NCBI GenBank assembly: GCA_022448955.1
Contig: JAKVCU010000006.1
Coordinates: forward strand, 276 to 64,275
Length of the DNA: 64,000 nucleotides
Reading direction: 5' to 3'
Source: Saprospiraceae bacterium
Lineage (GTDB): Bacteria; Bacteroidota; Bacteroidia; Chitinophagales; Saprospiraceae
How positions within the stretch are numbered: the stretch's first letter is position 1; every line of letters begins with the position of its first letter. The position numbers and the translations under genes are program-made. The notes beneath the pieces are model-generated. The model was not told the DNA's origin, searched no databases, and worked only from the letters and a program-made list of their open reading frames with translations. Below, piece by piece: positions 32,663 through 41,795 of this stretch.

Positions 32663-33907
32663 ATGCTTATAAATTATATTAAAGTTGCTCTAGCTGTACT
32701 GGGTAGAAATCGTTTTTTCACCTTTGTCAGTTTGTTTGGTATTAGCCTCACATTAGCAGTCTTGATTATTGTTTCTGCCTTCTTAAATCAATTTCTTCAT
32801 TCTTCCTATCCCAATTTTAAAAAGGATAGAATTTTAATGATCCAAAACGTAGGTGTGCAAAATGAAAATCAAAGGTCTAGCAGTGCTGCCAGCTTTTACC
32901 TCTACAAAAATCATATCAAAAAATTAAAAACACCTGAAATCATAGGGGTCATATCCTATGGCCAACAAAGAAATGTCTTTATTGGCAATCAAAAACTACA
33001 ATTATACGAGCGCCTATCAGATGCTAATTTCTTTGAAATCATGGATTTCGATTTTATCGAAGGCAAAGCCTATGATAAAGGTCATATCGAAAGAAATGAG
33101 TTGGTTGCCGTTATCACGAAATCCTTAGCAGAAGATTACTTTGGAACGGCTAAGGGAAATATTGGAAAGCCTATTCAGATTGAACAAACCAGCTATAAAG
33201 TCATTGGCGTAGTAAGAGATGCACCTAGCTATAATTCACTCGCCTATGCAGATATCCTACTGCCTTATAGCGTTTCAAAAAGAAACTTAACTAAACACGA
33301 AATTACTGGTCCCTTTATTCCGCTGCTACTAGCAAAAAATAAAGAACACAAAAAAGCAATCAAAGCAGAGGCCAAAGCAATAGTTAATCAAGTTGCTTTT
33401 CCTCCTGATGCTTGGTATGAAGAAATGTCTTTGGATGTCGGAACCAATACCGAATTCTTGGCTAAAGCATTAGTAAATCCTAGAGGAGAAATGAATGAAT
33501 CCGAACTGAATAAGTTATATGCCATCATTTTTGGAGCTATGATATTATTTATGCTTTTACCTACACTCAATTTAATTAATCTAAATTCTGGTAGAATAGT
33601 GGAGAGAGCATCAGAAATAGGTGTGCGTAAGGCATTTGGAGCTACCTCTTCTACCCTAGCCTTCCAATTTGTTATTGAAAATATCATCATTACTTTCATC
33701 GGTGGTGTAATCGGCTTATTGCTTGCTTTTGGGGTACTAAAAACAATTGAAGCCTCTAGATACATACCCCATGGGGAATTTCCTATCGACTTTAGTGTAT
33801 TTGCTTATGGCATATTCTTGTGTTTCTTATTTGGTATTCTTTCTGGGGTTGTCCCTGCATTAAGAATGTCCAAAATGTCAATTGTGTCAGCTATTAAAAA
33901 AGCCTAA
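32663..33907 (+). CDS. ABC transporter permease, FtsX/MacB-type
   Basis: N-terminal TM helix, a large periplasmic domain, and a C-terminal FtsX-like 3-TM bundle (GVRKAFGAT). Confidence 0.85.
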   Translation: MLINYIKVALAVLGRNRFFTFVSLFGISLTLAVLIIVSAFLNQFLHSSYPNFKKDRILMIQNVGVQNENQRSSSAASFYLYKNHIKKLKTPEIIGVISYGQQRNVFIGNQKLQLYERLSDANFFEIMDFDFIEGKAYDKGHIERNELVAVITKSLAEDYFGTAKGNIGKPIQIEQTSYKVIGVVRDAPSYNSLAYADILLPYSVSKRNLTKHEITGPFIPLLLAKNKEHKKAIKAEAKAIVNQVAFPPDAWYEEMSLDVGTNTEFLAKALVNPRGEMNESELNKLYAIIFGAMILFMLLPTLNLINLNSGRIVERASEIGVRKAFGATSSTLAFQFVIENIIITFIGGVIGLLLAFGVLKTIEASRYIPHGEFPIDFSVFAYGIFLCFLFGILSGVVPALRMSKMSIVSAIKKA

Positions 33908-33917
33908 AATTTCAATT

Positions 33918-35105
33918 ATGATCAAGCATATATTTTTAATGATTTGGAACCAAAAAGGAAGAAACATTGGACTTCTTTTGGAGATTTTCTTCTCCTTTAT
34001 CGTTCTATTCGCAGTTTCGACTTATATTATTTATCAATACAATATTTATCATCAAAACCTTGGCTTTAATTACGAAAATATCTGGATGCTCCAAATGGAT
34101 GCTAGAGAAAGTAATGCGAAGGAAATTGCCCAAACAAAAGATCAAATCGCACGGTATTTAAAGCAACAAACAGAAATTCAATCTTTTTCTTATTCGTCAA
34201 ATAATATGCCTTATGGCAGTTCAACAAGTATGACGGTTTTGAATCATAACGGTAAGGAAACGAATCCAGATTACTTTCAAGTTGAGCCTTCCTTTCTAGA
34301 AACCTTCCAATTGGAGCTAATGGAAGGTAGATGGCTTAAAGAGGACGATAAAGCTGCTAATGCTATACCAATTGTAATCAATAGTGAACTTAAAAAAGAA
34401 CTATTCGAAGATGAAGATGTCATTAACCTTGAACTCTTAGATGATGAAGGGAACACAGAGTTTAAAATTGTGGGTATACTTGATCAATTCAAATTCCAAG
34501 GAGAATTTTCTCCAGCCAGAGCAGGTTTTTTTAGATTAATGCCAGATTCCTTAAATTACCCTGGCTCAATGATGCTGAAAATTCAGCCCAATGCAGGTGC
34601 TGCCTTTGAAGCAAAAATGATGAAACAGCTCAATAAAATGGCGGGTAATTGGTCTTTCAATATCTCCTACATGGAAGAATCAAGAAAGAGCCGATTAAGA
34701 GAAACACAGGTCCCTATAATCGTCTTAATGACTATTTGTGGTTTTTTACTTTTTAATGTTGCCCTTGGATTGTTTGGTATTCTTTGGAGTAATATCAATA
34801 AAAGAAAAGCAGAAATTGGTATCCGCAGAGCGATGGGTGCTACAAAAAACGGACTCAATTGGCAATTCATTGGCGAGATGATGATGATTTGTACCTTCAG
34901 CTTAGTACTCAGCACCTTCTTTGCCATCCAACTACCATTGCTAAAAGTGTTTAGTGGACCACCATTCTTCATCAGTGTATGGATCTATTTTCTAGCAATT
35001 TTTGTATCCATCTTAATAATTTATGGGATTGTCTTGATTTGTTCTTATTTTCCAAGCAGACAAGCAGCGCAGCTGCATCCAGCAGTTGCATTACATGAGG
35101 AGTAG
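33918..35105 (+). CDS. ABC transporter permease, FtsX/MacB-type (second copy)
   Basis: Same architecture (GIRRAMGAT). The ATG at 33918 is preferred over 33882, which would overlap the previous gene. Confidence 0.85.
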   Translation: MIKHIFLMIWNQKGRNIGLLLEIFFSFIVLFAVSTYIIYQYNIYHQNLGFNYENIWMLQMDARESNAKEIAQTKDQIARYLKQQTEIQSFSYSSNNMPYGSSTSMTVLNHNGKETNPDYFQVEPSFLETFQLELMEGRWLKEDDKAANAIPIVINSELKKELFEDEDVINLELLDDEGNTEFKIVGILDQFKFQGEFSPARAGFFRLMPDSLNYPGSMMLKIQPNAGAAFEAKMMKQLNKMAGNWSFNISYMEESRKSRLRETQVPIIVLMTICGFLLFNVALGLFGILWSNINKRKAEIGIRRAMGATKNGLNWQFIGEMMMICTFSLVLSTFFAIQLPLLKVFSGPPFFISVWIYFLAIFVSILIIYGIVLICSYFPSRQAAQLHPAVALHEE

Positions 35106-35110
35106 GCTTT

Positions 35111-35169
35111 GTTTTTGGTTGCTGGTTCTTAGTTTGCAAACCACCAACTAAAATCCAACAACTAAAAAC
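35111..35169. repeat. long imperfect AT-rich inverted repeat between permease and response regulator genes
   Basis: gtttttggttgctggttcttagtttg pairs with the complement of ccaccaactaaaatccaacaactaaaaac (21 of 26 positions) around a 4-nt loop. Confidence 0.5.
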
Positions 35170-35173
35170 TATT

Positions 35174-36532
35174 ATGATCTTAATCATAGACGATGACATT
35201 GCGGTACAAACATCACTTGCTCTTCTATTGAGTCAGCATGGCTTTCAATGCCTTTCGGCAAATGGTAGAGCAGAAGCACTTCAAGTCATTGACCAACAAG
35301 AGCTTGAGCTAATCATCCTAGACCTTAACTTCAGCATTTCAACTACTGGAGAAGAAGGGATGAGTTTATTAAAAGAAATTCGAAAAATTATTCCTCAAGT
35401 TCCCGTCATCCTTATTACTGGTTGGGCAACAATCGATCTAGCTATTGAAGGCATGAAAGCTGGTGCAAAAGATTTTATTAGCAAACCTTGGGAAAATGCA
35501 CATATCTTACAATCTGTCCGCACCATTTTAGATTTAAAAAGCTTGCCTGAAAATTCCATCAATAGAAGAAAGCTGGATGAAGAATATGAACTTGATTATA
35601 TCATTGGAGAAGACCCTGCCTTTCTTTCTATTTTAGAAAATTTAATGCGCATCGCCCCAACAGACGCCTCCGTTCTAATTTTAGGCGAAAGCGGAACAGG
35701 AAAAGAATTGATTGCAGAAGCAATACATCAAAATAGTAAACGTAAAAAACAGGCATTCATAAAAGTAAATCTAGGAGGAATTCCGGCAAACCTCTTTGAA
35801 AGTGAATTATTTGGTCATAAAAGAGGCGCATTTACAGATGCCAGATTTGACCGAAAAGGTCGATTTGAATTGGCAGATAAAGGAAGTATCTTCTTGGATG
35901 AAATTGGCGACATTGACAAAGCTAACCAAGTTAAACTACTAAGAGTATTGCAAGACCGTACTTTTGAAGTATTAGGTAGTAGCTATACCAAAACTGTAGA
36001 TGTTCGCATCATCAGTGCTACGAACAGGGACCTTACTGAAATGGTGCAAAAAGGCACCTTCAGAGAAGACTTATTCTATCGCATCAATCTAATTACTATT
36101 AAACTTCCCCCTTTACGAGAACGGCCAAGTGATATCCCGCTATTAGTGCAGTTTTTTATAAATAATTTGCGAAAGCTATATCATCGTCCTGATTTAAAAG
36201 CAACTAGGGCAGCAATGAATTGGTTAAAGCAACTCCATTTGCCAGGCAATATTCGTCAATTAAAGAATTTAGTAGAACGAACTGTGCTGGTCAGTCCGCA
36301 TGATGAATTAGATATCGAGGATTTCCAGGATCAATTAACTTCTACCTCAAAAACATCTAGTGGACATTTACCAGAAGTGGGAAGTATGACATTAGAAGAA
36401 ATGGAAATCGAAATGATCAAAAAGGCTATGATTTTCCATAAGGGAAAAGTAACGGCGGTTGCCCGAACACTTGGACTGACAAGAAGTGCCATGTATAGAC
36501 GATTAGAAAAATATAATATACCTTACAGCTAG
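35174..36532 (+). CDS. sigma-54-dependent response regulator (NtrC family)
   Basis: Receiver domain (ILIIDDD...DLNF), AAA+ domain with GESGTGKE, a GAFTDA variant of the GAFTGA loop, and a C-terminal Fis-type HTH. Confidence 0.93.
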   Translation: MILIIDDDIAVQTSLALLLSQHGFQCLSANGRAEALQVIDQQELELIILDLNFSISTTGEEGMSLLKEIRKIIPQVPVILITGWATIDLAIEGMKAGAKDFISKPWENAHILQSVRTILDLKSLPENSINRRKLDEEYELDYIIGEDPAFLSILENLMRIAPTDASVLILGESGTGKELIAEAIHQNSKRKKQAFIKVNLGGIPANLFESELFGHKRGAFTDARFDRKGRFELADKGSIFLDEIGDIDKANQVKLLRVLQDRTFEVLGSSYTKTVDVRIISATNRDLTEMVQKGTFREDLFYRINLITIKLPPLRERPSDIPLLVQFFINNLRKLYHRPDLKATRAAMNWLKQLHLPGNIRQLKNLVERTVLVSPHDELDIEDFQDQLTSTSKTSSGHLPEVGSMTLEEMEIEMIKKAMIFHKGKVTAVARTLGLTRSAMYRRLEKYNIPYS

Positions 36533-37839
36533 TGCGGCTACGTTATCAATATATCATCTTCATAGTGCTCATTCATCTGGTAGCACTAGTCTTGTCTTTC
36601 TATATCTTGAAAGATTACAAGCTTTTATTCATAGCATCAGAGGCTATCGTATTGCTTTCTCTTTTCTTCTCTATTCGCTTGTATAATGGACTTGTAAAAC
36701 CACTTAATTTACTGCTAGAAGGTGCTGAAGCCATCAAAGATCGTGACTTCAATGTCAAATTCCTGAAAACTGGGAAATTTGAAATGGACCAGTTAATTGA
36801 AGTATATAATAACATGATAGATGAACTTCGCAATGAAAGATTATTCCAAAAGGAACAGCATTACTTCCTAGAAAAGTTAATTCAAAGTTCTCCAATAGGT
36901 ATAATCATTCTTGACTTTGATTTTAAAATTGCACAAATCAATCCTGTTGCCCAATCTTTATTACAAATTGGAAATAAGCCTACGCTCCCACTTCCGTTAA
37001 ATCAGATTCAGCATCCTCTGGCTAAAGAACTGCTGAGATTGTTACAAAACGAACAAACAGATGCCATTACTATCCATTTAGATGGCATTCGTAGCTTTAA
37101 ATGCCAGAAATCTCATTTTATGGATCGTGGTTTTCACAGACATTTTATCATGATCGAGGAGTTAACCGCAGATTTGCTACGGACAGAAAAACAAGCCTAT
37201 GGAAAGGTCATTCGAATGATGGCACATGAAGTGAATAATTCTGTAGGCCCCATTAATTCCATCTTGGATTCATTAGCTTTTTTCCATCAACAATCAGAAG
37301 GAGATCAAGCCAATACTTATGCTAAAGCCATTGAGGTAGCCAAGCAACGCAATCAACGACTCAATAAATTTATGCGCAACTTTGCAGATGTTGTTCGTTT
37401 ACCTGAACTCGAAAAAACAACTCAAGATCTTCGGGATAGCCTAAATAGCATTCATTTACTTTACAGGGCAGAGGCAGAAAGTCGTCAAATAAGTATAAAT
37501 CTAAAATTGCCATCTACGCCAGTACAACTGAGCTATGATGTCCATCAAATCGACCAAGCTTTTGTCAATATCTTAAAAAATGCATTGGAGTCCATTCAAG
37601 AAAAAGGAATTATCCAGATCCAATTAGATGACAACAAAAGAGAATTAATTATTGCAGATAATGGCCCAGGTATTCCCGAAGAATTAGCACAACAACTTTT
37701 CAGACCATTTTTCAGCTCTAAACCAACTGGACAAGGCATAGGCCTGACCATCACTAAAGAAATCCTTTACAGACACCGCTTTGTTTTTAGTCTTTCTACA
37801 GAGGAAGATGGATGGACTAGATTTCGAATCCGCTATTAA
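36532..37839 (+). CDS. sensor histidine kinase (2 TM, HAMP, PAS-like, HisKA, HATPase)
   Basis: MMAHEVNNS H-box and DNGPGIP / GQGIGL ATP-lid motifs. The GTG start overlaps the regulator's TAG stop by 1 nt. Confidence 0.85.
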   Translation: MRLRYQYIIFIVLIHLVALVLSFYILKDYKLLFIASEAIVLLSLFFSIRLYNGLVKPLNLLLEGAEAIKDRDFNVKFLKTGKFEMDQLIEVYNNMIDELRNERLFQKEQHYFLEKLIQSSPIGIIILDFDFKIAQINPVAQSLLQIGNKPTLPLPLNQIQHPLAKELLRLLQNEQTDAITIHLDGIRSFKCQKSHFMDRGFHRHFIMIEELTADLLRTEKQAYGKVIRMMAHEVNNSVGPINSILDSLAFFHQQSEGDQANTYAKAIEVAKQRNQRLNKFMRNFADVVRLPELEKTTQDLRDSLNSIHLLYRAEAESRQISINLKLPSTPVQLSYDVHQIDQAFVNILKNALESIQEKGIIQIQLDDNKRELIIADNGPGIPEELAQQLFRPFFSSKPTGQGIGLTITKEILYRHRFVFSLSTEEDGWTRFRIRY

Positions 37840-38777
37840 CCTTTAAAGATCTGTTTTTTCCATTTTAGCTCTTTAGATTCGTTTGCATAGGTCCAGGCTA
37901 ATATTCGGCTTTGTTTTTGGCCATGTTGCATCTCTAGCACTTTGAATCTAGCTTTGAAATATTCAATTTGCTTTTGCAAATTATCTAAGTGCTTCTTATT
38001 GGAAATCAAAGAAGTAAACCATAAAACTTGTTCTTTATAATCTTGGCTTTCTTCAATCATTTTACTCACAAAGGCCCGTTCTCCTCCAGGATAAGCCAAT
38101 TCACTGCTTTTTCCTTTAAAGTTAAATCCAGTATTCGGATTTTTACCTAGATTTTTCCACTTCCGTTTAGATGCGGTTTTCGCTTTTTCTTCTGAAGAAT
38201 GAAATGGTGGGTTACATACGACTAAATCGAAGATTTCTGTGTCTTTGATGATATCATGAAAGATATGTTCAGCATGGAGCTGTAATCGGCATTTTATCGC
38301 TTTCGCTAGATCATTTGCTTGCACTAATCCCTTTGCTGTTCGGACAGCAGTAGAGTCGATATCTGCGCCAACAAATTTCCATCCATAGGCGCGATGCCCA
38401 AGTAAGGGGAATATACAGTTAGCACCCATACCAATATCAAGTGCCTGAACCAACTTACTAGTAGGCGATCCATTGACTGCAATCAAATCCGCTACTCTAT
38501 GGATATAATCCGCACGACTAGGAATGGGAGGACAAAGGTAACCATCTGGAATATCCCAGAAAGAAATTTGATATTGAGTCATCAACAAAGCTTGATTCAA
38601 AGCTTTTACCGCATTGGCATCTGAAAAATCAATCGTAGCTACATCACTTTTTTTCTTATCTGAAGTTGTTTTCAAATAAGCTTTCAAAGGAGGATGCTGC
38701 TGAACTAGTTTTTCAAAATCGTAGCGACCTTGATGTTTATTTCTTGGATGAAAAGATGCTGTATTACTCAAAATCAA
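37836..38777 (-). CDS. rlmF: 23S rRNA (adenine1618-N6)-methyltransferase
   Basis: HPRNKHQGRYDF, WDIPDGYLCPPIPSRADYIH, CNPPFH and GQKQSRILAWT are collinear with E. coli RlmF. The exact start (TTG) is uncertain. Confidence 0.9.
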   Translation of the reverse strand: MILSNTASFHPRNKHQGRYDFEKLVQQHPPLKAYLKTTSDKKKSDVATIDFSDANAVKALNQALLMTQYQISFWDIPDGYLCPPIPSRADYIHRVADLIAVNGSPTSKLVQALDIGMGANCIFPLLGHRAYGWKFVGADIDSTAVRTAKGLVQANDLAKAIKCRLQLHAEHIFHDIIKDTEIFDLVVCNPPFHSSEEKAKTASKRKWKNLGKNPNTGFNFKGKSSELAYPGGERAFVSKMIEESQDYKEQVLWFTSLISNKKHLDNLQKQIEYFKARFKVLEMQHGQKQSRILAWTYANESKELKWKKQIFKG

Positions 38778-38943
38778 ATAGTTTGGCCAACCAATATAGC
38801 TTGCTTTCCTTTCAATTATAGAGAAAGCAGAAGGCCAAAAGTAAGTAATTTATTCTTAACCGTCCATTTATAACTAGGCATATACAATGAAGCATTTTGA
38901 CGCTCTAAGCAAATGCGGTAAAAGAAGCCAACTTAAGCCTTAC

Positions 38944-40062
38944 CTATGAAAATTCTTTTTTTAACGCCTCGCAAAAACGCTGAATATCCTCCGTACTACC
39001 TGTACTTATCCTGCACCATTCTCTTAGAGGAGGGAAAGCTCGGCCTATAGCTATACCATGCTTCAAAATTGCTTTTTGGACCTCAGCAATATCCTTTCCT
39101 GTTTTAAAAAACACGAAGTTGGTATGAGATACTTGATACTCCATACCTAATTCATCCAATGTTTCATAAATCATGTTTTTACAGATACGGTTTTTTGCTA
39201 AACTCAATTGATAAAAATCTTTATCCTTTAATGCTTCAATCGCAGCAAAGATGGCCAAAACATTGGGCCTTGCCATCATGGCCTGACCTAATCTAGCAAT
39301 AATATCTGGCCGAGCAATCAAGTAACCAACTCGGATACCTGCTAAGCCAAAAACCTTGGAGAAGGTACGCGAAACAACAACATTTTTATCTTGTTTCACC
39401 AATTCTATCATAGATGGATAATTCGGTTCAGTGATATAGTCAAAATAAGCTTCATCCGAAAATACCATTGTCCGATCAGATAATTCATCACAGAATTGAC
39501 GCATCTTCGAAGCTGGCAGCACGGTTCCGGTTGGATTTCCAGGATTACAAACAAAAACCAATCCTGTATTTTGAGTAATTCTTGCTTCCATTCCTTCTAG
39601 ATCATGCTGCAATTGATCATCAACTGGAACCTTATGGATAAATGAGCCAAAATGCTCTGCATAACTTAAAAGGGATTTAAAAACTGGATCTGCTGCGACT
39701 ATCTCCTTTCCATTAGATCCATAAGTCAAGCCGCACAACTTAAGCCCTTCTGTAGAGCCCGCTACTAAGAGAATATTTTCTTTTGCAACACCATGTTTAT
39801 CAGCTAGCATTTGCTGCAATTCAGACTGAAACATTCCTGGATAACGGCATACCTTTTCAAAGGCATTTACCATGGCAGAACGCACTTTTTCAGACGGGCC
39901 ATAGGGGTTTTCATTTGCACTGAGGCGTATTAAAGGAGCCCCGTTTACAGGAGATTGGCATAGGGATGATGCCATATGAGCCGATGCCGTATGAGCAAAG
40001 AGTGATCCCAAACCTGCTAATGTAGCTGTTTGCATCCATTGACGTCTATTTAATTGGTTCAT
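38944..40062 (-). CDS. HisC-like class II PLP aminotransferase with twin-arginine (Tat) signal peptide
   Basis: NRRQWMQTATLAGLGSLFAHTASA-H signal, then RLSANENPYGPS, NPGNPTG, DEAYFDY and SRTFSKVFGLAGIRVGY (PLP lysine). Confidence 0.85.
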   Translation of the reverse strand: MNQLNRRQWMQTATLAGLGSLFAHTASAHMASSLCQSPVNGAPLIRLSANENPYGPSEKVRSAMVNAFEKVCRYPGMFQSELQQMLADKHGVAKENILLVAGSTEGLKLCGLTYGSNGKEIVAADPVFKSLLSYAEHFGSFIHKVPVDDQLQHDLEGMEARITQNTGLVFVCNPGNPTGTVLPASKMRQFCDELSDRTMVFSDEAYFDYITEPNYPSMIELVKQDKNVVVSRTFSKVFGLAGIRVGYLIARPDIIARLGQAMMARPNVLAIFAAIEALKDKDFYQLSLAKNRICKNMIYETLDELGMEYQVSHTNFVFFKTGKDIAEVQKAILKHGIAIGRAFPPLREWCRISTGSTEDIQRFCEALKKEFS

Positions 40063-40224
40063 TTTCGTATCGTTTTGAAATTCAATCTAAAGAGGTATTC
40101 TCTAAATTAACAAATTTCCAAACAAGCTTTAGACTTTTTCACACGAAAGTGCAGGAACCTTAGAGAGTCATGATCGACTTAAAGGAAAGGCTTAGTAATC
40201 CAATAAATTATATAAATCGTAAGA

Positions 40225-40251
40225 GGAGCTGTGCCACTAGTTCACAGCTCC
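40225..40251 (-). terminator. hairpin downstream of the aldolase gene
   Basis: ggagctgtg / cacagctcc 9-bp stem with a 9-nt loop, just past the stop at 40259. Confidence 0.55.
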
Positions 40252-40258
40252 TTATTAT

Positions 40259-40915
40259 TTAACCATTAGCTTTTCTGTAATCAGCTAAGAATTTTTCTAA
40301 TCCGATATCTGTTAGAGGATGCTTCAACAAGCCTAAGATAGGACCAAGAGGACTGGTAATCACATCTGCACCTGCTTTTGCAGATTCTACAATATGCTTA
40401 GAACTGCGGATCGAAGCAGCTAAGATTTCTGTTTCGTAACCTTGAATAGCGTAGATTTCAGCAATTTCTGCGATAAGTGTGACGCCATCCCAGTTGATAT
40501 CATCTACACGACCAATGAAGGGAGATAAGTAAGTAGCTCCTGCTTTTGCAGCTAAGATGGCTTGGCCAGGAGAAAAAACAAGCGTACAATTGGTCTTGAT
40601 ATCGTGATCAGTAAACCAACGAATAGCCTTGATTCCATCTTTAATCATAGGCACTTTCACTACGATATTAGGCGCAATCTCTGCTAAGCGTTTACCTTCT
40701 TCTACGATTCCTTCAAAATCCGTAGAAATTACTTCTGCACTTACATCGCCATCAACGATATCACAAATTTGCTTATAGTGGTTAAGGATATTAGCTTCTC
40801 CAGAGATGCCCTCCTTAGCCATTAGAGAAGGATTAGTCGTTACCCCATCAAGGATACCTAAATCTTTTGCCTCTTTAATTTGGTCGAGACTTGCTGTATC
40901 GATAAAAAATTTCAT
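40259..40915 (-). CDS. fsa: fructose-6-phosphate aldolase / transaldolase family 3B
   Basis: [24 protein letters not shown], and the KVP Schiff-base lysine region. 218 aa. Confidence 0.92.
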   Translation of the reverse strand: MKFFIDTASLDQIKEAKDLGILDGVTTNPSLMAKEGISGEANILNHYKQICDIVDGDVSAEVISTDFEGIVEEGKRLAEIAPNIVVKVPMIKDGIKAIRWFTDHDIKTNCTLVFSPGQAILAAKAGATYLSPFIGRVDDINWDGVTLIAEIAEIYAIQGYETEILAASIRSSKHIVESAKAGADVITSPLGPILGLLKHPLTDIGLEKFLADYRKANG

Positions 40916-41058
40916 TGCATTGGTTTTTAAGTAGGGACAAATGAAAAGAATCGGAGTTTAATCCCTCTATGAATTGTAAAATAATACTAGCTTATTTAGA
41001 CCCATTAAAATCTAGCCTTCAAATGGACTGAATAATGTCCAAAAGTAAAGATATTCTT

Positions 41059-41066
41059 TACCTTTG
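41059..41066 (+). promoter_or_regulatory. TAccTTTG -7 type box
   Basis: Matches TAnnTTTG, 45 nt upstream of the ATG at 41111. Confidence 0.4.
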
Positions 41067-41110
41067 CCTAAATGAATTCGACTTTTTTATACGGATAAAA
41101 TTATTGATGT

Positions 41111-41635
41111 ATGATTTCAGAGAAAATGGCCAAAGCCTTAAATGAACAAATTGCCTTAGAAGGAAAAGCTTCATTTTTATATTTATCAATGTCTTCTTGG
41201 TGTGATCAAGCAGGTCTAGAGGGTTGCACCAATTTTATGAGAAGGCAATCTGAAGAAGAACACGAGCACATGGTTCGCATATTTGATTATTTGAGCGAAG
41301 TCAATCAACATGCTTTGACGCCTGCAATCCCACAAGTCCCTCACACATTTGAATCGGTTCAATCCTTAATGAAGGAGGTATTTGCCCACGAGCAAAAAGT
41401 TACTGCTTCTATCAATAACTTGATTCATTTAGCGAATGAAGAAAATGACTATACTACCCTAAATTTCTTGCAATGGTATGTCGTTGAACAAAGAGAAGAA
41501 GAGGCTCTAATGAGAACCGTCTTGGATAAAATTGAGTTGATTGGTGAGGGACCAATGACCTTATATTATATTGACAAAGAGATTGCAGCAATCAATACTC
41601 AACAACTAGAAGCAGAACAAGCAGAAACTGAATAA
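41111..41635 (+). CDS. ftnA: non-haem ferritin
   Basis: LNEQI..E..ASFLYLSM, EEEHEHM, and the QWYV.EQ.EEE ferroxidase-centre pattern. 174 aa. Confidence 0.9.
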   Translation: MISEKMAKALNEQIALEGKASFLYLSMSSWCDQAGLEGCTNFMRRQSEEEHEHMVRIFDYLSEVNQHALTPAIPQVPHTFESVQSLMKEVFAHEQKVTASINNLIHLANEENDYTTLNFLQWYVVEQREEEALMRTVLDKIELIGEGPMTLYYIDKEIAAINTQQLEAEQAETE

Positions 41636-41795
41636 GAAAATAACGAATTATATAATTTCTTTGTATATTACAGAACAGTGAAGAGAGGATATAATTGGCT
41701 TATCCTTTATGTCTAACACGTTTTACGACCTGAACTTTTCTTACAAAATATTGCCTGATGGTATATTCATAAGGCCTTGGTTACGTATAAACGGT

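Noticed and set aside
33882-33917. Upstream ATG that would make the second FtsX permease overlap the first by 26 nt
   Set aside because: The ATG at 33918 gives the usual N-terminus (MIKHIFLMIWNQKGRN followed by a TM helix), parallel to the first permease, and avoids the overlap.
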